Assembly: GCA_965211995.1 (NCBI GenBank)
Contig: OZ243040.1
Coordinates: 1,031,620 to 1,095,619 of the forward strand
Reading direction: 5' to 3'
Length of the DNA stretch: 64,000 nucleotides
From: Candidatus Oxydemutatoraceae bacterium
GTDB taxonomy: Bacteria; Pseudomonadota; Gammaproteobacteria; Poriferisulfidales; Oxydemutatoraceae
Made by a program: the position numbers and the translations under genes
In this document: positions 1-11,295 of the stretch, piece by piece
How the letters are laid out: every line of letters begins with the position of its first letter
How positions within the stretch are numbered: position 1 is the first letter of the stretch
Notes under the pieces: generated by a model
Seen by the model: only the letters and a program-made list of their open reading frames with translations
Database searches by the model: none
What the model was told of the DNA's origin: nothing

Positions 1-143
1 TTCAAGACGCCGTGGTAATGACCGAGATGTAGCTTGCCCGTCGGTCGCATACCCGAAAGGACGCGCTGGCCTTGAGAAGTGGAAACGTTCAAATGTTCGG
101 CAAACTGATACGCGCGGATGATATACGGAAAACCCCGAACAGT

Positions 144-1827
<1,684 letters not shown>

Positions 1828-1909
1828 TCAAGTCCGCAACGCAACCCGCCGCAGCCGCGGATAACGCGAATGAACGCAAAGCGGAAACGGCAAGAGACAG
1901 GTTGGATGC

Positions 1910-2010
1910 AAATCTGAAGTGCGGCGTTGACCCGCTGTCCCCCGGCGCCCGCCGCGTCGTCCTTTGCCTTTCCTCTCCCCCGCCGACCGGGCTGCGTGAA
2001 AGTGTCGTCA
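1910..2010. repeat. Partial copy of the roughly 190-bp MITE-like element (TIR-type end tctgaagtgcggcg...)
   Basis: The sequence aatctgaagtgcggcgttgacccgctgtcc...ccgccgaccgggctgcg matches the left portions of the copies at 43115 and 21866. Confidence 0.45.
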
Positions 2011-2171
2011 TGCGGGAGACACTTAAACCCGGGCCTATTTGTGACACGCTTTGCTTTACAGAACGCCGCACCCGGCCCCTCCGTTCATCCACGCCCCCCG
2101 GCGCCAGGCGACCCCAGTACGACCGCCACCACCCCACACCGATCTCCTCCGATCCCGCCATCTCATGTCAA

Positions 2172-2997
2172 TCATCCGGCCTCGCCATTGGACCCGGGCC
2201 GTTGCGCTTCACTTTGCGCGCCTGCGAGTGCTCCGGATACCGCATCCCCCACAGACGCCGCTCGCGGCAACTCCCCGGCGGGGACGGGTACGCGTCCCCC
2301 GGACCTTGACCCAATTTCAAAACCCTGGTGCGGTCGCTGCTCGTTGTATTCCCGGCGAAATTCATTAAACGCCCGCGGTTGTGCGCTGCGGTTGCCCGCA
2401 GGCGGACTCGCCGCCGCTTCCTCGAACGTGCGGTGCATATTTTGGAACTGTAGAATTAGTTGAACCAGCCATGAGGTCATAAAGGATGCCGACAACAGTT
2501 TTGGGTGCCGCGCAGGCTTACATTGAACGTTTCGGGTCGCTCGAGGTTAGTTTTATTACGCTTGGCGATGACAACGATTTTGGGAAACGTTTAATTCGCG
2601 TAAGCAAATGCGGCAGTGGAGTCAGGCAAGCGCATGAACGAAGCAGCCTTTGAACGGGACTTTCTGGCAACATTGCCCGCCGGCACTCTGCTGTAATGAT
2701 TAAGCGCATACACGTTAACCAGAACGTGATACGGGCAGCCGCTTCCTCAAGCGTGCGGTGCATACGCTCGCAACACCCGTTCTCCTGCGCACGCCCCCGC
2801 GCTGTTCGCGCCGGCATCACCTCCCGCTTCAGCCCCGCACCGTCTGCGGACTCAATCCCCCCCAAAGACACCGCCGCAAACGGCCGGCCGTTGTCCGTGC
2901 GTACCGTCTCCGGCAGACCGTATTCCTCAAACCCCCGCACCGACACCCGCCGCACCGCCTGTGCCTCAGGCACGTTGCAACACCGGCAGGCCGGCAA
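2172..2997 (-). pseudogene. IS481/IS3-superfamily transposase remnant (integrase rve core fragments)
   Basis: ORF 2518..2997(-) has GLPETVRTDNGRPFAA...ENGCCERMHRTLEEAAA, which is the integrase core. ORF 2172..2495(-) has MHRTFEEAA...FNEFRREYNEQRPHQ, which is the rve C-terminus. The two fragments share a duplicated roughly 22-nt segment (cttcctcgaacgtgcggtgcat / cttcctcaagcgtgcggtgcat) at 2420-2445 and 2745-2768, and there is no intact N-terminal HTH. I call it degraded. Confidence 0.55.
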
Positions 2998-3157
2998 GCA
3001 ACGGCCGGGGTTGGCGCTGAGCGTCGGCGGCTGACAATGCCGCGCGCCGCCCGTCTTGAAAAGTTGTCCTTAATCCGCGGGGGTTCGTGTAACCCGCACA
3101 TTCATCTTGACAATATAAAAACGATATAATCGCGGTTTCACCCGTCACTTTCCTGAA

Positions 3158-4426
3158 ATGCCGCGAAAACCGAATATCTTCTACGCCCAATCCGGCGGCG
3201 TCACCGCCGTTATCAATGCCACCGCCGCCGGCGTGATCGAAACCGCGCGCCGCCACCAGGACCAGGTCGGCAAAGTCATCGCCGGACTCAACGGCATCAC
3301 CGGCGCGCTCAACGAGGAACTCGTGGACACCGGCAGGGAAAGCGAGCGGGCGATTGCGGCGCTGCGCCACACGCCCGCGGGCGCTTACGGCTCGTGCCGC
3401 TACCGCTTGCAGGACCTCAAGCAAAACCGCGCGGAATACCTGCGCCTGATCGAAGTGTTCAAGGCCCACAACATCGGCTACTTTCTGTACAACGGCGGCG
3501 GCGACTCGCAGGATACGACCCATAAAGTGTCGCTGATCGGCAAGGCGCTCGACCACCCGATCACATGCATCGGCATCCCCAAAACGGTGGACAACGATCT
3601 CGCGCACACCGACAACTGCCCGGGCTTCGGGTCGGTCGCCAAATACGTCGCGGTGTCGGTGCGCGAAGCGAGTTTCGACGTCGCCTCGATGTGCGAAACC
3701 TCGACCAAGGTGTTCATCCTCGAAGTCATGGGCCGGCACGCGGGCTGGATCGCGGCGGCCGGCGGACTCGCAAGCGAGCGCGAGGGGGAAGCGCCGCACA
3801 TCATCCTGTTCCCGGAAATCCCCTTCGGCAAGCGCGAGTTTCTCGCGCGTGTCAAACGCTGCGTCAAACGCTGCGGCTACTGCGTGATCGTCGTCTCCGA
3901 GGGCCTGCGCAACAAACGCGGGCAATTGCTCGCCGACGCCGGCACCCGCGATGCGTTCGGTCACAAGCAACTTGGCGGCGCCGCGCTGACGCTCGCCGAG
4001 ATGGTCAAGCAGGCGCTGGGCTTCAAGTATCACTGGGCGGTCGCGGACTACCTGCAACGCTCGGCACGCCACGTCGCGTCGGCGGTGGACGTCGATCAGG
4101 CTTACGTGCTGGGCTGCGCCGCGGTCGAGTTCGCGTTAGCCGGCCGCCGCTCGGTGATGGCGACGATCGTGCGCAAGTCAAACCGGCCCTACCGCTGGAC
4201 GGTCGGCGCGATTGATCTCAAGCAAGTCGCGAACCGCGAAAAGAAAATGCCGAGAAACTACATTACCAAAGACGGCTTCCATATCACGCAACGCTGCCGC
4301 ACCTACCTGGAACCGCTGATACAAGGAGAAGCCTACCCCCCGTTCAAACGCGGCCTGCCGGATTACGTCAACTTGAAAAACGTCAGGCTCGCGAAAAAAT
4401 TGCGCGCGTGGAAGCCCTCCGGATAA
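3158..4426 (+). CDS. pfp: 6-phosphofructokinase, 420-aa group typical of PPi-dependent PFK of methanotrophs
   Basis: IFYAQSGGVTAVINA, NGGGDS and IGIPKTVDNDL are PFK motifs. The roughly 420-aa length with a C-terminal extension is as in Pfp. The PPi dependence is an inference. Confidence 0.8.
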   Translation: MPRKPNIFYAQSGGVTAVINATAAGVIETARRHQDQVGKVIAGLNGITGALNEELVDTGRESERAIAALRHTPAGAYGSCRYRLQDLKQNRAEYLRLIEVFKAHNIGYFLYNGGGDSQDTTHKVSLIGKALDHPITCIGIPKTVDNDLAHTDNCPGFGSVAKYVAVSVREASFDVASMCETSTKVFILEVMGRHAGWIAAAGGLASEREGEAPHIILFPEIPFGKREFLARVKRCVKRCGYCVIVVSEGLRNKRGQLLADAGTRDAFGHKQLGGAALTLAEMVKQALGFKYHWAVADYLQRSARHVASAVDVDQAYVLGCAAVEFALAGRRSVMATIVRKSNRPYRWTVGAIDLKQVANREKKMPRNYITKDGFHITQRCRTYLEPLIQGEAYPPFKRGLPDYVNLKNVRLAKKLRAWKPSG

Positions 4427-4454
4427 ACCCGGAGACCGACGCGGACCGGAACCC

Positions 4455-5267
4455 ATGCGGGCACATTCGCTCAAGCCGGAAGAGTATCTGTTTGAACGCG
4501 AGCCGTTTTACCGTGCGACCGGCGACGAGGTCGGGGTGTTCATGCGCGCTTATGACAACCGCCTGCCGGTGCTGCTCAAGGGCCCGACCGGCTGCGGCAA
4601 AACGCGCTTCATGGAATATATGTCGTGGCGGTTGCAACAGCCGCTGATCACAATCTCGTGCCACGACGACCTGACCGCGTCCGACCTGATCGGGCGCTAT
4701 CTGCTGAAAGGCGGGGACACCGTGTGGATGGACGGGCCGTTGACGCGCGCGGTACGCAAGGGGTGCCTCTGCTATCTCGATGAGATCGTCGAAGCGCGCA
4801 AGGACACCACCGTCGTAATCCACCCGCTGTGCGACGACCGCCGCGTCCTGCCGGTGGAAAAGCACGGCGAATTGATCAGGGCCGAAGACGGCTTCTGCAT
4901 GGCGATCTCATACAACCCGGGTTATCAGAGCGTGCTGAAAGATCTGAAGCAAAGCACGCGGCAGCGCTTTGTCGCGTTGACTTTCGACTATCCCGCGGCG
5001 GCGGCTGAAAGCGAGATCGTGCGCACCGAGACCGGCCTCGACGAAACCACCGCCGGGCGCCTGGTCAAGTTCGCGGGACTGACGCGCAACCTCAAAGGCA
5101 ACGGCCTGGACGAAGGCGCAAGCACGCGCCTGCTGGTGCACGCGGCAAAACTCATCGTCTCCGGCATCGCCCCCGTCGCCGCGGTGCGCTGCTGCATCTC
5201 AGAGTCACTGAGCGACGACCCGGAGATCCTCCGCTCGGTCGAAGAACTGAGCACCTCGGTGTTCTGA
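4455..5267 (+). CDS. CbbQ/NirQ/NorQ/GvpN-family MoxR-like AAA+ ATPase
   Basis: EPFYRATGDEVGVFMRAYDNRLPVLLKGPTGCGKTRFMEYM, 270 aa, which is the canonical CbbQ size. No CbbO/NorD von Willebrand-A partner is visible. Confidence 0.8.
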   Translation: MRAHSLKPEEYLFEREPFYRATGDEVGVFMRAYDNRLPVLLKGPTGCGKTRFMEYMSWRLQQPLITISCHDDLTASDLIGRYLLKGGDTVWMDGPLTRAVRKGCLCYLDEIVEARKDTTVVIHPLCDDRRVLPVEKHGELIRAEDGFCMAISYNPGYQSVLKDLKQSTRQRFVALTFDYPAAAAESEIVRTETGLDETTAGRLVKFAGLTRNLKGNGLDEGASTRLLVHAAKLIVSGIAPVAAVRCCISESLSDDPEILRSVEELSTSVF

Positions 5268-5397
5268 ACGCGCCCCGCGGGGAACGCGCGCGAACAACCG
5301 CGGCACACGGGATAAAAAATTTGCTTGTTTTAACCGGCGCCGTGAACAAGGTGCCGCGGCGGATCGCCCGGACTGCCGCCGCAGCGGCGCCGCGTCT

Positions 5398-6375
5398 TTA
5401 GTGTCTGGGTCTTTGAATATCCTTGACTTTCCGATACTTTAAATAAGCCAGCGTGCGCTCCAGAGATTTCCAAAGATCTCTTTCCCACCTTTTCTTAAGT
5501 TTCTTTTTTTCCTTGAGCGGAATGTAATTTATAAAATGCAATAACCTGCTCATGTTCCGTTGTTCCAAAAGCCACATCATCAGACGATTAAAAAACCCCT
5601 GATTCGACGCGTAGATATTGTCTTCGATCCGGGTAGGCCACGGCTGGTAAACACAGGAAAAATACTTGAAATCGGACGGCGCATAAGGAAACCTTTGCCT
5701 ATCCGGATGGAAATGCGTGCTGTACCGGTAAGTTTCCCTGAACTCCTCTTTTTTTGAATACTCGGGGCTGCAAAAATCGTCCACGTGCTTGGTCACCAGC
5801 GATAAACACGGATTGGCGACCCGGATCGAGGCTTCCACGGCTTTTTGAATCATATAACTGTCGCAGCCCAGCGTCCCGATCAAAACGTCGTCTTTGAACC
5901 TTTTGATCGGCGCGCAAAAAATATAATTGTCATAAGAGCCCAACACGCCGTTTTCCGTCAATTCCCACTCACCGGAGGCGAAGCGTTCGTAGCGGCAGAG
6001 CGCCCATAGATGATCGGGCTTGAGTTCCCGCACCCTCCCGACCGGCGTCTCCGGATCAAAGTAAACGTCGGCATTGCTGGCGATCACGTAATCCCCCGCC
6101 AGATGCTCGTTGGCGTAGTCAAAAAATACAGTGTACTTGGGGCGCTCCCGTATAAAGATCACCTCCACTTTTTCATGCGTCAAGCCGGAATATTTGGAGG
6201 CGGCCTCTTCGCTCCCCTGAAAAAACACGATGATCCTGTCTATCTCGGTGTTGCAGTTGTTCTCCAGGCACCGCTCAAACTCGGCTTTTCTGGCCTGCTG
6301 AAACTTGCTCGCAAGCAGCGGCTGCCGCGCGGGAATACTTGTGAGCATTACAATGTCTTTCATTTCAAAAACCAC
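5398..6375 (-). CDS. Hypothetical protein in a low-GC block (possibly glycosyltransferase-like); function unknown
   Basis: A 325-aa ORF whose AT-rich codon usage contrasts with its neighbours. I recognise no diagnostic motif. Confidence 0.45.
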   Translation of the reverse strand: MVFEMKDIVMLTSIPARQPLLASKFQQARKAEFERCLENNCNTEIDRIIVFFQGSEEAASKYSGLTHEKVEVIFIRERPKYTVFFDYANEHLAGDYVIASNADVYFDPETPVGRVRELKPDHLWALCRYERFASGEWELTENGVLGSYDNYIFCAPIKRFKDDVLIGTLGCDSYMIQKAVEASIRVANPCLSLVTKHVDDFCSPEYSKKEEFRETYRYSTHFHPDRQRFPYAPSDFKYFSCVYQPWPTRIEDNIYASNQGFFNRLMMWLLEQRNMSRLLHFINYIPLKEKKKLKKRWERDLWKSLERTLAYLKYRKVKDIQRPRH

Positions 6376-6619
6376 GCTCCGCTTTCCGGAAAAGCGGCCT
6401 CACCCGGCGCAACGGCTCACGGGTTTCCCCATCTGACTTGCGGATGTTTTTATCCCGGTTCATGTAAATCAACCTGCGATGCGCCGCTGTGGATTGCCGC
6501 TGCGCTCTTGCCGGCGGCGCCCGGCGCAATCGGCGGTAAAGCCGCCTGAGCCACCCTCCGCTCAGATAGCGGCCAAAACCTATTGCGGACGAATAAGCGT
6601 TGTCCTCAATACGTGAAAG

Positions 6620-7291
6620 TTACTTGTAAATGATCTCGACGCGGCGATTTTTAGCGTGGGCTTCCTCGCCGCCGCCCTCAACCGCCGGCCTTTCCTCGCC
6701 GTAACTGATCACCGACATCTGCAGCGCCTGCACCCCGTTGGCGCGCAGAAAGTTTTTCACCGCCAACGCGCGCCTCTCGCCGAGCGCCAGATTGTAGCCG
6801 GCGGAACCCCGCCTGTCGGCGTGGCCTTCGAGCGAAATTTCGACGTCCGGCTTCTCTGACAGATAATCGGCGTGCTGCATCAGCACTTCGCGGCTTGCGG
6901 GCTTGAGTTCCACCCGGTTGAAATCGAAATACACGATGATGTACCGCAGCAGCGGATTCTCGGCAATCGCGTCGCGATACGACTGGCGTTGCTCCAACTC
7001 GCCGCTGTCGCCGTACAACTCCCTGACCGTTCCCGCGACCTGTTCGGGGTAAGCCGCCGTCTCAGTCAGCTCAGTCGGCTCAGCCATCGCGTCCTCGTCC
7101 GCACTCTCCTTCACGCTCGCGGTTTCCTGCACGGGCTTGCGTTCGAGCGTTTTGGTCGCAGTGCAGCCGGCCACGGCGATGCACAACGCGATGACGAATG
7201 CGCAAAGAGAAAAGTTCACCGGGACGGGGGCCAACGGCGCACTTTCCCGGCGTGCTTGAGGGCGGGTTTCATTCTTAACCGGATTGTTCAT
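6620..7291 (-). CDS. OmpA-family lipoprotein (Pal-like peptidoglycan-associated protein)
   Basis: Lipobox LCIAVAGC, and an OmpA C-terminal domain NRVELKP...EGHADRRGSAGYNLALGERRALAV...RRVEI. Confidence 0.75.
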   Translation of the reverse strand: MNNPVKNETRPQARRESAPLAPVPVNFSLCAFVIALCIAVAGCTATKTLERKPVQETASVKESADEDAMAEPTELTETAAYPEQVAGTVRELYGDSGELEQRQSYRDAIAENPLLRYIIVYFDFNRVELKPASREVLMQHADYLSEKPDVEISLEGHADRRGSAGYNLALGERRALAVKNFLRANGVQALQMSVISYGEERPAVEGGGEEAHAKNRRVEIIYK

Positions 7292-7671
7292 TGCGTTCCC
7301 CATGGAAACAAAAATTCACGTTGCGGGTTCACGCTCCGACTCGCGATGAACGCCGAAACAGCGCGGATTATAGCAAACCCGGCGCCCGTCGGCGCACCCC
7401 GCAGCGTCCCCCCCGCAAGTTTCCACACCGGCTTTATCAGGCGTGCGCGCTTCTTCCATCTTGCCCGTGCGTGTGCGCCAAGGCAATAAAATGCAGGGTG
7501 CCGCGGGCGCCGACAACCGTGCACACGGTTATGCCGGCTGCGGTGCCGGAACAATTGGAAGGACAGGCGCGGCGGATGAGACCTGCGCCGGAGGAGCAGG
7601 CCGACCGGCGATTCTGAAACCGGGCGGTTCCCCGTAAGCGCGGCCGCGGTTGCACGCGGCTTACCCCCTCT

Positions 7672-7950
7672 TCATTCAGCAACCCTTGAGTTATTTTCAA
7701 AACTGATTCTCCAAATCCCGCAGGCCACGCTTGCCAATTTCCGTTGCCGTTGCTCGATCGTTGCGGGGGTCCATTCTGCATATCTCCCCGCGCAGTTCTT
7801 TGTTATTTGAAAACGGCTGACGGCATAAACGGGGCGCTTTTTTTCATAAGGATCGTTAGCCGCCTGTTGATTCCTTACTTCATAGAGGATGCTGTTGCCC
7901 AGCAGGGAACGCAGCGTTTTCGTTTCGGGGTTGACAATCGGCTGAGACAT
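7672..7950 (-). CDS. Small hypothetical protein (92 aa) at the edge of the low-GC island
   Basis: An ORF only, with no recognisable motif. Confidence 0.3.
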   Translation of the reverse strand: MSQPIVNPETKTLRSLLGNSILYEVRNQQAANDPYEKKRPVYAVSRFQITKNCAGRYAEWTPATIEQRQRKLASVACGIWRISFENNSRVAE

Positions 7951-8246
7951 CTTGTCTCTGTAGATTACAGAAAGGTTAACTTTGAGCCGATGATCTGCTC
8001 TTGTCTATTATAAACATTCGGACGGATTTGAAGCCCGGCGCCGTATCCAATGCACACAACACTACAGCGCGGAAAGCCGAAAAATTGCTGATTTTCCGGT
8101 GGCTGAGAATCTGGCAGAAACACACTAAAGAGAGCACAATCCCTGCCTCTTTAACCCGGAAAAACGACAGATTGCGGTTAGGATAATGATGCCGAAAAAC
8201 CCGATAACTTGAAAGCAGTTGAGATAATGTAGGCGGAGGCAAAACG

Positions 8247-9668
8247 ATGGCGGCAAAAAACAACATGAAAATTTCCGTTGAGAACTATGGCCCTATTGCA
8301 AAGGCGGAGAACATTGAACTTTGCCCGTTGACGGTGTTTGTCGGCCCTGGCAACACGGGGAAATCGTATCTTGCGATTCTGATTTACGCGTTGTTTAAGT
8401 CTTTTGAAGCAAAGCGCTTGATCTTATCGGGTTTCAGAAAGACCGGCGGGGAAAACAGCCAAAAATTAATTTTCGATGCCGAATCCATAACCGGAAATGT
8501 AGTTGATTTTCTAACAGAAATATTAGAAGAAAAGACTGAAGATATTAAATTATCAGATTTTCCTGAAGAACTGCAACAGTGGGTTAACGATGGAATTGCA
8601 CAAGCAGCGGAGCAAAATTTTCAGCGGGAGATTTCCCGTTGTATGGGGATGTCTCAAAAAGAAGGGCGTTCGATAAACACAAGATTGAAACTCAACTTGG
8701 AGGACGACCAAAAAAGACTGATGCTGGCCCCTTCCCCCACGCCCCCGAAGATGGAGATTAAAAATCCAGGCCCTGTAGGAAATATAATGGATAGATTGAT
8801 TGGATTTATGCACTTACAAAAAGATTTGGCACAAGAAATAGCAAAAAGAATGTTTCTCTATTTTATATCAGAGAAGATCCTGCGCCCCCACGGCGAGGTC
8901 AAGTCTTTCTACTTGCCTGCCGCAAGAGCAGGGATTATACAAAGCCAACGCGCTATCACGGGGGCTTTGGTGCAACGGGCCACTTTTGCGGAAACGGAAA
9001 CCTTTTCCGTGCCCCCCCTGAGCGGTATTGCGTCTGACTTCCTGCAGGAAATTATCGCTATGGATACAAGTGAAATTCCTTGCCCCGAAGTGGAAAAGAT
9101 AGCGCAGGAAATGGAAAGGGACATACTGCATGGCTCCATTAAGTCGAAAAGCCCGGAAAGGAATCAATACCCGCAATTTTCATACCAACAGAATGGGGTT
9201 GAAATTCCACTGCTGCGTGCCTCGTCCATGGTCTCGGAACTTGCCCCTGTTGTGCTGCTCATCAGACACCGGGTCGGAAAAGGCGATTTACTTATTATTG
9301 AAGAGCCTGAAGCGCATTTACACCCTGAAGCCCAGAGAAACATTGCAAAAGCGGTTGTCCATCTGGTTCGAGCGGGCGTTCGGGTCATGGTGACAACCCA
9401 CAGCGATTATTTTTTAGATCAACTTGTAAATCATGTCCGCGTTTCAAAATTGAAGAAAAATGAAGAGGGCGATCAACCGCTTCCTTTGCTGAAAGAAGAT
9501 CAAATTGGCGTCTATGTATTTAACAAGTGCACCCAGGGCACCCAGGGCACCATTACTAAAAGGTTGGATTTCGACAAAGAAAACGGATTTTCTCCCGAAG
9601 ATCATGACGAGGTGTCTTCCGGGTTGTATAACCAAACCGTCGAAATTCTGGAACAACTTGATCAATAG
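8247..9668 (+). CDS. ABC-type (AAA_21 / OLD-PtuA-AriA-GajA-like) ATPase; putative phage-defence ATPase with no nuclease partner
   Basis: N-terminal Walker A FVGPGNTGKSYLAILIYAL. C-terminal Walker B and H-loop LLIIEEPEAHLHPEAQRNIAKAVV...VMVTTHSDYFLDQL. 473 aa, in a low-GC context. The RBS is ggaggc 8 nt upstream of the start. Confidence 0.7.
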   Translation: MAAKNNMKISVENYGPIAKAENIELCPLTVFVGPGNTGKSYLAILIYALFKSFEAKRLILSGFRKTGGENSQKLIFDAESITGNVVDFLTEILEEKTEDIKLSDFPEELQQWVNDGIAQAAEQNFQREISRCMGMSQKEGRSINTRLKLNLEDDQKRLMLAPSPTPPKMEIKNPGPVGNIMDRLIGFMHLQKDLAQEIAKRMFLYFISEKILRPHGEVKSFYLPAARAGIIQSQRAITGALVQRATFAETETFSVPPLSGIASDFLQEIIAMDTSEIPCPEVEKIAQEMERDILHGSIKSKSPERNQYPQFSYQQNGVEIPLLRASSMVSELAPVVLLIRHRVGKGDLLIIEEPEAHLHPEAQRNIAKAVVHLVRAGVRVMVTTHSDYFLDQLVNHVRVSKLKKNEEGDQPLPLLKEDQIGVYVFNKCTQGTQGTITKRLDFDKENGFSPEDHDEVSSGLYNQTVEILEQLDQ

Positions 9669-9737
9669 GTGAGCAAGGCGGGGTGAATTTTTCATGCCGC
9701 GTCACAACGGGCAATTTATTTGCCGTCCGAACCTGAC

Positions 9738-10058
9738 TCATGCCCGGGCTTTTGCCCGGCTTGCTTTATGCTTTCCCGGGCGAAAGACTTGGACGTTGCT
9801 CAGAATCTTTTTCTTCCGCCGCTTCGCGCGGGCCATGGAATAGGCGTTTTGAAGACGCATCATGAATTCCGCTTCAGGCCCAAACGCTTTTTCAATCCGG
9901 AAAGCCATTTCAGCAGATAAATCCGCCCGCTCATTCACAAGAGCGGACAGTGCCTGGCGGCTTACGCCAAGCACCGCCGCCGCATTAGTGACGTTGACCT
10001 CCAAAGGCTTGAGTACTTCCTCTAGGAAGATCTAACCCGGATGCACCGGGTTCGCCAT
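9738..10058 (-). pseudogene. HigA-like (XRE-HTH) antitoxin interrupted by an in-frame TAG; no HigB toxin gene present
   Basis: ATG at 10058 encodes MANPVHPG, followed by an in-frame TAG at 10034-10032 where the family has Glu. The frame then continues ...FLEEVLKPLEVNVTNAAAVLGVSRQALSALVNERADLSAEMAFRIEKAFG...LQNAY, which is the plasmid-maintenance antidote HigA/VapI fold. The track ORF starts at a TTG at 10004. Confidence 0.55.
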
Positions 10059-10128
10059 GGGCATTTTTGTTCTCCTTTTATGGGGTTGGAACTTGATTTT
10101 GAACCGGGGGGAAATCAGTTAAACAGAA

Positions 10129-10419
10129 CTAGGAAGTAAAAAGCCTGAACAGCAAGGCGATCATCACCATGCCGACAGTGGCAAGCAACGGTATTAACCA
10201 CTTAAGAGTTTTCATCTCAGCATCCAATCGTCCGAAGTCTTCTTTAGTGGCTAATCCTTCTATTTTAGTTTCTACTCTAGTAAGCCTTTGAAGGATTTCT
10301 TTATCGCCTCCATTGCCACCATCATTATTACGGGATTGCCCCGTATTTATTCCAACAACATTATTGTTTTGTCGATTATCCATTAGACCAATGGCCTTTA
10401 TTTCTTTTGCCAATCCCAC
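10129..10419 (-). CDS. XhlA-like small membrane protein (phage-associated haemolysin/holin-like; coiled coil plus C-terminal TM)
   Basis: ILQRLTRVETKIEGLATKEDFGRLDAEMKTLKWLIPLLATVGMVMIALLF. Low GC. Confidence 0.45.
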   Translation of the reverse strand: MGLAKEIKAIGLMDNRQNNNVVGINTGQSRNNDGGNGGDKEILQRLTRVETKIEGLATKEDFGRLDAEMKTLKWLIPLLATVGMVMIALLFRLFTS

Positions 10420-10652
10420 AGGCTTACGTTATACCACCCGTTCAGGCTTTCTGCTTCTACTACAATTCCAGTACGTTTTTTTTCTTCATTAAAACCTGCA
10501 ACATCCATGACTTCATTGAGGGCACTATCAGTTTTAACAAAAAGCAAATTATCTTCTATTTGAAAACATTGCTCTTTTCCAAATTTTTTGGCTAGATCAT
10601 TCCGTAGAGAACCATTGGAACTGTCTCTTTCATATATTAGATAAACAGACAT
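10398..10652 (-). CDS. Hypothetical small protein (84 aa), low GC
   Basis: An ORF only; it overlaps the upstream gene by 22 nt. Confidence 0.3.
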   Translation of the reverse strand: MSVYLIYERDSSNGSLRNDLAKKFGKEQCFQIEDNLLFVKTDSALNEVMDVAGFNEEKKRTGIVVEAESLNGWYNVSLWDWQKK

Positions 10653-11295
10653 TTGTTAAGTACCGCTCATTAGTTGATGAAACGCTTTTTGTTAATCGTC
10701 TATTGGTTTAAGGGTTTGCGCCTTTCCTTTCAATTATTCAATTGCAGCAATAAAAAAATTCCTTTATTTTGCAATAGGCGCCATCAAAAGCAATGCAACG
10801 CACGCCCACTTGCTTGTTAATAAGCACGTAAATCTGCAGGGCGTGAGGCGCAGGCCATTGTATATAATTTCCCCAAACCAAGGCAATTGCCGTTGGTGGC
10901 GCAAGTCCGGCGCTGCCTCCTTTGCCATACATTTGGCAACAATGACGGCAGACTGTACCGCCTGACTTGATGAGACCCCTTGCGCGGCGCGGTGGCGCAG
11001 CACGAATACCTGCATTGCGTGGCCTGTTGACTCGGCGGAATGAATCGCGTTACGGGGGATATTACTTAACTTATTGATTTTTAATTAAAGTTAAGACATC
11101 TGCGGGAGGAATTTGCGGTCAACTCAACTCCTTCATTGTTGCGGAAATACAACGGCTTGTGGTGAAAACCCTTTACTTGTGGGTATTTAGTTTATATACT
11201 TTAGGGATACGTGCGCCGAGGGGAAGTGATTCCCTGATTTTCCAACAGGCGTGAAAGGTTAACTAACTTTTCAGAATAATTCTGAAAAAAAGAGG

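Noticed and set aside
7304-7670. GC-rich 360-bp intergenic region with small ORFs (7443..7637 etc.) as a possible sRNA or small gene
   Set aside because: No conserved structure or motif is recognisable by eye. It is left unannotated.
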